Of a stretch of DNA of 19,526 nucleotides, positions 15,224 through 19,526 are shown in pieces. The stretch lies in NCBI GenBank assembly GCA_016213235.1, contig JACRBE010000015.1, positions 1 through 19,526 of the forward strand. The letters run 5' to 3'. Position 1 is the stretch's first letter. Every line of letters begins with the position of its first letter. The DNA is from Chlamydiales bacterium. Its GTDB lineage: Bacteria > Chlamydiota > Chlamydiia > Chlamydiales > JACRBE01. The position numbers and the translations under genes are program-made. Below the pieces are notes generated by a model. The model did no database searches. It had not been told where the DNA came from and saw nothing but the letters and a program-made list of their open reading frames with translations.

Positions 15224-17716
15224 TTGGCAAAAAACTTAAAAATCAAAGTAAAAAATACGCAATTTGCAGAAGCTTTGAAGTTAAACAAGAAAAAAACAAC
15301 AGAACAAGAAGAGCCTATTAAGGCTAAAGAAGATGTTGCTTCTTCGCAACTAAAAAAAGCGCCTGTTAAAGCAACAGCAGAACCTACACTGATGAAGAGA
15401 AAAGCTGTTTCCAAACCATCTTTAGAAACATCTTTACCAGAAAAGGTAGTAGCACAAGAAGAAGATAATGCTTTTCATGCAATAGACGGCGTAGAGCAAA
15501 GGCAAGAAGCACAGGTTCTTGAAAAGATAGAAGAAAAAGCTCCTATCTTTTCTGATCAAGCCTCTTCTTCTAGTGCAATAACAGAAGAAAAATTTGATGA
15601 AATCAAGGTAGAAAGCGAAGAAGAAAAAACAAAGATTGGCACTGTTAGACCAGGTACAGAGAAAAAAATTGAGACTGAAGAAAGAAAGCCAAAGCCGGTG
15701 CCAAAAAGTCTTGATGAATTGTTTGAAGAAGAGAAGGCAGAGGCTCTCAAAAAGAAAAAAGATAAGGAAGTCGGAGCAAAAGCATTTGTTCCCAAAGCAC
15801 CCAAAAAGGGATTTAGCAATGAGTCTAGCTTTGATTCAAGAGCAAGACAAGGGTTAGAGGGAGATGATGAGGGTGCTTGGAAAAGAAAACGATTCAGACC
15901 AAAGCAACACAAGGCAATGGAAGTAGCACCAATCATTCGTCCTACAGAATTAAGTGTTAAGATACCTATTACAATTAAAGATCTAGCCCAGGCAATGAAA
16001 ATAAAAGCCGCAGATTTGATAGGAAAACTTTTTCTTCAAGGACTTGTTGTTACCATTAATGATTATCTTGATGATGAAACAATAGTGCAATTACTTGGTC
16101 ATGATTTTGGATGTGCAATTACCATTGACACTTCAGAAGAGACTCGTTTGAATATTACAGATAAAACCGTTCGTGAAGAAATAGCAGAAGATATTCCAAG
16201 TCACCTAATCCATAGAGCTCCTGTTGTTGCGTTCATGGGACATGTTGACCATGGTAAAACATCCTTAATAGATGCAATTAGAAAAAGTAATCGTGTAGCT
16301 CAGGAAGCTGGAGCTATTACACAACATATTGGCGCATTCAGATGTAAAACAACTCACGGGTTTTTGACTATTTTGGATACCCCTGGTCACGAGGCCTTTT
16401 CTTCTATGAGAACAAGAGGTAGTGGAGTTACAGATATTGTTGTATTAGTTATAGCCGGTGATGAAGGGATTAAACCTCAAACAGATGAGGCAATTGCTCA
16501 TGCACAGGCAGCTGGAGCTCCTATTGTTGTTGCAATTAATAAGTGTGACAAACCAAGCTTTAATGCAGAAGAGGTATATCGTCAGCTGGCCGATCGTAAT
16601 TTATTGCCGGAGGTTTGGGGCGGTAGTATTATTACAGTAAATTGTTCTGCAGTAACAAAGCAAGGGTTAACAGAGTTACTTGAACTGGTGAGTTTACAAT
16701 CAGAAATTTTAGAGCTAAAGGCAAATCCTAACAAGCGTGCTCGTGGAGCGGTATTAGAATCAGAGCTAAAAAAAGGTCTTGGTATTACAGCTACCTTATT
16801 AATACAAAACGGTAGTCTTAAAGTAGGTGATGCACTAGTGATTGGTCATGTATATGGCAAAGTAAAAACGATACACGATGAACATGGGAAAAGCTTGCAA
16901 GAAGCAGAACCTTCTGTCCCTGTAAAAATCACAGGGCTTTCTGACTTACCAAAAGCAGGGCACGAATTTATTGTTGTAGACAATGAAAAAGAAGCAAAAG
17001 CGCTTTGTTTTGATAGAAGAGCAGGTCATGAGAGGGAACTATTAAAGAAATCTGGAAGATCTCTAGAAAATCTATTAGAACAAAATGCAGAGTTTTTACA
17101 GAGAAAAGAATTAAAGATCATTTTAAAGGCTGACGTACAAGGGTCATTAGAAGCGATTAAACAATCATTGAAAAAGATTGTTTCAACAAAAGTAGACATT
17201 AATATTATTTCTTCTGCTGTAGGAGAGATCTCTGAGTCCGATGTAGAGCTAGCATCCATATCCAATGCGATTATCATTGGCTTCCATACACAAGTGGAAA
17301 GCCATGCAGATAGTTTCATTAAACAAAATGGAATAAAAGTAAAGATGTTCGATGTCATCTATCATCTGATTGATGATGTAAAAAAAGAGATGATTTTGCT
17401 GCTAGACAAGATCAGACAGGAAAATCATGTAGCAACTGCAGAAGTGAGAGCTACATTTAAAGCCTCTACACTTGGGGTAATTGCCGGATGCACTGTAACC
17501 GATGGTATAATCAAGCGTAATCATTTTGTCAAAGTCTTTAGAGGTGATGAGGTTATTTATCAGGGCAATATTGCTTCATTAAAACGGGTACAAGATGATG
17601 TAAAAGAGGTCGCAAAAGGATTAGAGTGTGGTATTGTGCTTCAGAACTTTGGAAAAATACAAGTTGGGGACCTCATTAAAGCGTATGAAATTACTTATTT
17701 AACAGCAGAGTTATAA
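15224..17716 (+). CDS. infB: Translation initiation factor IF-2
   Basis: [44 protein letters not shown] and ECGI. TTG start after an AAGGTG/GTAGG SD-like sequence. Low-complexity charged N-terminus. Confidence 0.98.
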   Translation: MAKNLKIKVKNTQFAEALKLNKKKTTEQEEPIKAKEDVASSQLKKAPVKATAEPTLMKRKAVSKPSLETSLPEKVVAQEEDNAFHAIDGVEQRQEAQVLEKIEEKAPIFSDQASSSSAITEEKFDEIKVESEEEKTKIGTVRPGTEKKIETEERKPKPVPKSLDELFEEEKAEALKKKKDKEVGAKAFVPKAPKKGFSNESSFDSRARQGLEGDDEGAWKRKRFRPKQHKAMEVAPIIRPTELSVKIPITIKDLAQAMKIKAADLIGKLFLQGLVVTINDYLDDETIVQLLGHDFGCAITIDTSEETRLNITDKTVREEIAEDIPSHLIHRAPVVAFMGHVDHGKTSLIDAIRKSNRVAQEAGAITQHIGAFRCKTTHGFLTILDTPGHEAFSSMRTRGSGVTDIVVLVIAGDEGIKPQTDEAIAHAQAAGAPIVVAINKCDKPSFNAEEVYRQLADRNLLPEVWGGSIITVNCSAVTKQGLTELLELVSLQSEILELKANPNKRARGAVLESELKKGLGITATLLIQNGSLKVGDALVIGHVYGKVKTIHDEHGKSLQEAEPSVPVKITGLSDLPKAGHEFIVVDNEKEAKALCFDRRAGHERELLKKSGRSLENLLEQNAEFLQRKELKIILKADVQGSLEAIKQSLKKIVSTKVDINIISSAVGEISESDVELASISNAIIIGFHTQVESHADSFIKQNGIKVKMFDVIYHLIDDVKKEMILLLDKIRQENHVATAEVRATFKASTLGVIAGCTVTDGIIKRNHFVKVFRGDEVIYQGNIASLKRVQDDVKEVAKGLECGIVLQNFGKIQVGDLIKAYEITYLTAEL

Positions 17717-18090
17717 TGACAAGACGCGTAGAAAGATTAAATTCTTTATTAAAAGAAGTATTATCTGATGTAATTAAAAAGAGTGTGAGAAACCCAGAGG
17801 TTTCTCCCCTTTTTACTATTACTAAAGTAAATATTTCAAAAGATTTAAGGCATGCAAAAGTGTATGTCAGTGTAATTGGATCTTTGGAAGAAAAGACAAA
17901 AACAATACAGGCTCTGCACACAGCTTCTGGTTATATTGGCGTACTTGCATCCAAGCTAATAAAAATTAGATATTTTCCAGCACTTACATTTAAATTAGAT
18001 ACATCCATCGATCATCATCTTCGTATAGAGGAATTGCTAAGAGACATTGAAGAAGAAAAAGCAACCAGATCAGAAAACTCTCAAGAATAA
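17716..18090 (+). CDS. rbfA: Ribosome-binding factor A
   Basis: RVERLNSLL, IT.V.ISKDLRHAKVYVS and R..P.L.F..D.S. TAATG overlap with infB. Confidence 0.96.
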   Translation: MTRRVERLNSLLKEVLSDVIKKSVRNPEVSPLFTITKVNISKDLRHAKVYVSVIGSLEEKTKTIQALHTASGYIGVLASKLIKIRYFPALTFKLDTSIDHHLRIEELLRDIEEEKATRSENSQE

Positions 18091-18098
18091 CTTTTTTA

Positions 18099-18776
18099 AT
18101 GATGAATCATTTGCATGAAGGTATTTTACTATTAGACAAGCCAGAAGGCATTTCGTCTTTTTTTCTTGTTAAGGTCCTAAGAAAAATCACAAGTGTTAAG
18201 AAAATTGGGCATGCGGGCACCTTAGATCCATTTGCAACGGGTCTGATGATTATGCTTGTTGGTAAAAACTATACGAAGAAGTCAGATGAATTCTTAAACC
18301 AGGAAAAGGAGTATGAAACTACCCTATTTCTTGGCGCAGCAACCGATAGCTTTGATAAAACAGGCATTGTCACGCATACCTCTTCTTATATTCCCTCTTT
18401 AGAAGAAATTACCTTAGCTATTGATCATTTTCAAGGTGAATGCGAGCAAACACCACCTATGTTTTCTGCTAAGAAAGTAAATGGAAAAAAACTGTATGAG
18501 CTTGCAAGACAGGGTATTGAGATAGAAAGAAAAAAACAGAGTGTTTTTCTCATCACTACCTTCATTAGTTATGAATATCCTTATCTAAAGCTGCATATAC
18601 GGTGTTCTAAAGGGACCTATATACGCTCTATTGGTCATGATTTAGGGATCAAATTAAATACTTATGCACATTTAACAGACTTAAGAAGAACCAAATCGGG
18701 TATCTATTCTATACAAGAGAGTTTTTCTATTGCAGAGCTTAAATCCAACCAGTTTGTTTATCAACAAGATAAGTGA
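18099..18776 (+). CDS. truB: tRNA pseudouridine(55) synthase, short form without PUA domain
   Basis: LDKP.G.SS, catalytic KIGHAGTLDPFATG, PPMFSA.K..GK.LYELAR, CSKGTYIRS and LRRT. Confidence 0.97.
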   Translation: MMNHLHEGILLLDKPEGISSFFLVKVLRKITSVKKIGHAGTLDPFATGLMIMLVGKNYTKKSDEFLNQEKEYETTLFLGAATDSFDKTGIVTHTSSYIPSLEEITLAIDHFQGECEQTPPMFSAKKVNGKKLYELARQGIEIERKKQSVFLITTFISYEYPYLKLHIRCSKGTYIRSIGHDLGIKLNTYAHLTDLRRTKSGIYSIQESFSIAELKSNQFVYQQDK

Positions 18777-18847
18777 TCGTCAACTAAAATGGTTTTTTAC
18801 AACTCTATAATAATATTAGATGTGATTTTCTTTTTAAATATCAATTA

Positions 18848-18883
18848 TTTACATTGCATTTATTTTTAATTATATTATAAAAT
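18848..18883 (+). promoter_or_regulatory. Possible promoter(s) of the orphan membrane-protein gene
   Basis: TTTACA (18848-18853), N17, TATATT (18871-18876); or TTGCAT (18854-18859), N18, TAAAAT (18878-18883). The region is very AT-rich, so chance matches are likely. Confidence 0.3.
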
Positions 18884-18911
18884 CTCTAAATAGAGAGGTG
18901 AAAAAAACCAA

Positions 18912-19289
18912 ATGATAGTAACTCCTGCAAATCAGCCACTATGTGATGCACTCACTTTTTGGAATGATAACAAATTATTGGCAAGAAAACTTGTAGTAGA
19001 CCCTTTTCCTCCTAAAAATGGGAGAGGAAGCCTGTGGAAGGGAGATTTCATAGATCCTTCAAAAATCGCTCTATTAAATCTTATAGTAATGCCGATGGCA
19101 GCTATAGAAACAATCTCTCGAATTGCTATCAGTATTTTATGCTTTCCTTTAGTGTTTATAAAACCGGATACTTTTTTAAAAGAATTCATTTATACCCCTA
19201 TTGTAGGAATATGGGATGTGACATTAATCGCTCCCTTATGTGTTGTTCTATTTACTGCCGTTACAGTAGTAAGGATATTTAATAACTAA
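18912..19289 (+). CDS. Hypothetical membrane protein, 125 aa
   Basis: SD GAGGTG at 18895-18900. Hydrophilic N-terminal ~50 aa followed by two long hydrophobic blocks. No family recognised. Confidence 0.65.
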   Translation: MIVTPANQPLCDALTFWNDNKLLARKLVVDPFPPKNGRGSLWKGDFIDPSKIALLNLIVMPMAAIETISRIAISILCFPLVFIKPDTFLKEFIYTPIVGIWDVTLIAPLCVVLFTAVTVVRIFNN

Positions 19290-19398
19290 CTATATACATC
19301 GCCAATTCCAAGTTGTGATTGTCACTGTTAAATGCAAACCTCGCGATATTAGTGATTTTTCTTAGAAAGACTTCTACTTAAAAGCAAATATTTTTTCA

Positions 19399-19427
19399 CT
19401 GCAAGATAAGCATTTAATTGCTATCAT
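19399..19427 (+). promoter_or_regulatory. Putative promoter of ychF
   Basis: CTGCAA (19399-19404), N17, TATCAT (19422-19427) with TG at 19419-19420 (extended -10). SD AAGGA at 19441-19445. Confidence 0.4.
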
Positions 19428-19451
19428 GATCCAAAAAATAAAGGATTTATT

Positions 19452-19526
19452 ATGTCTGGACTCTCTTGTGGGATTGTAAGTCTTCCTAATGTTGGCAAAT
19501 CGACTCTGTTCAATGCATTAACCAGA
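19452..19526 (+). CDS. ychF: Obg-family ATPase YchF, N-terminal 25 codons; truncated by the window edge
   Basis: Not in the ORF track. Translates [25 protein letters not shown], matching the YchF N-terminus [26 protein letters not shown] upstream. Confidence 0.9.
   Translation, partial: MSGLSCGIVSLPNVGKSTLFNALTR

Noticed and set aside
18099..18776. truB as a truncated pseudogene
   Set aside because: All catalytic motifs are present, and short TruB proteins without the PUA domain are a known natural form.
649..19282. Short alternative-frame and antisense ORFs in the track (e.g. 1230-1478, 2787-3014, 5639-6093, 7206-7556, 12430-13171, 15070-15936, 17026-17921, 18932-19282)
   Set aside because: They overlap better-supported genes, have shadow-ORF composition (rich in S/F/L/I) and show no recognisable motifs.

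Overview
AT-rich, gene-dense chromosomal window. It is most likely from an environmental member of the phylum Chlamydiota, inferred from two gene orders (rpsA-nusA-infB-rbfA-truB-[...]-ychF without rimP, and rpe-[...]-efp-accB-accC), a divergent EF-P paralogue, and tRNAs lacking an encoded CCA. Left part: end of putP, surE, a convergent lipoprotein and VanX/DdpX-type D-Ala-D-Ala dipeptidase pair, tRNA-Val(TAC), tRNA-Asp(GTC) and a YitT membrane protein. Middle, minus strand: an aspartokinase lacking ACT domains, a 605-aa unknown protein, rpe, yvcK/glmR, a HAD phosphatase, efp, accB, accC and a lone rmlA. Right, plus strand: rpsA, nusA, infB, rbfA, truB, an orphan 125-aa membrane protein where ribF usually sits, and the start of ychF. 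I saw no mobile element, CRISPR array or defence system. Best leads for novelty: (1) the catalytic-domain-only aspartokinase overlapping a large protein with three ACT-like repeats, a possible split kinase and regulatory subunit; (2) an 84-nt rod-like RNA hairpin filling the rpsA-nusA spacer; (3) yvcK, the HAD gene and rmlA coupled into the rpe-efp-accBC operon; (4) an orphan gene in the ribF slot. All were read by eye and need computational confirmation.
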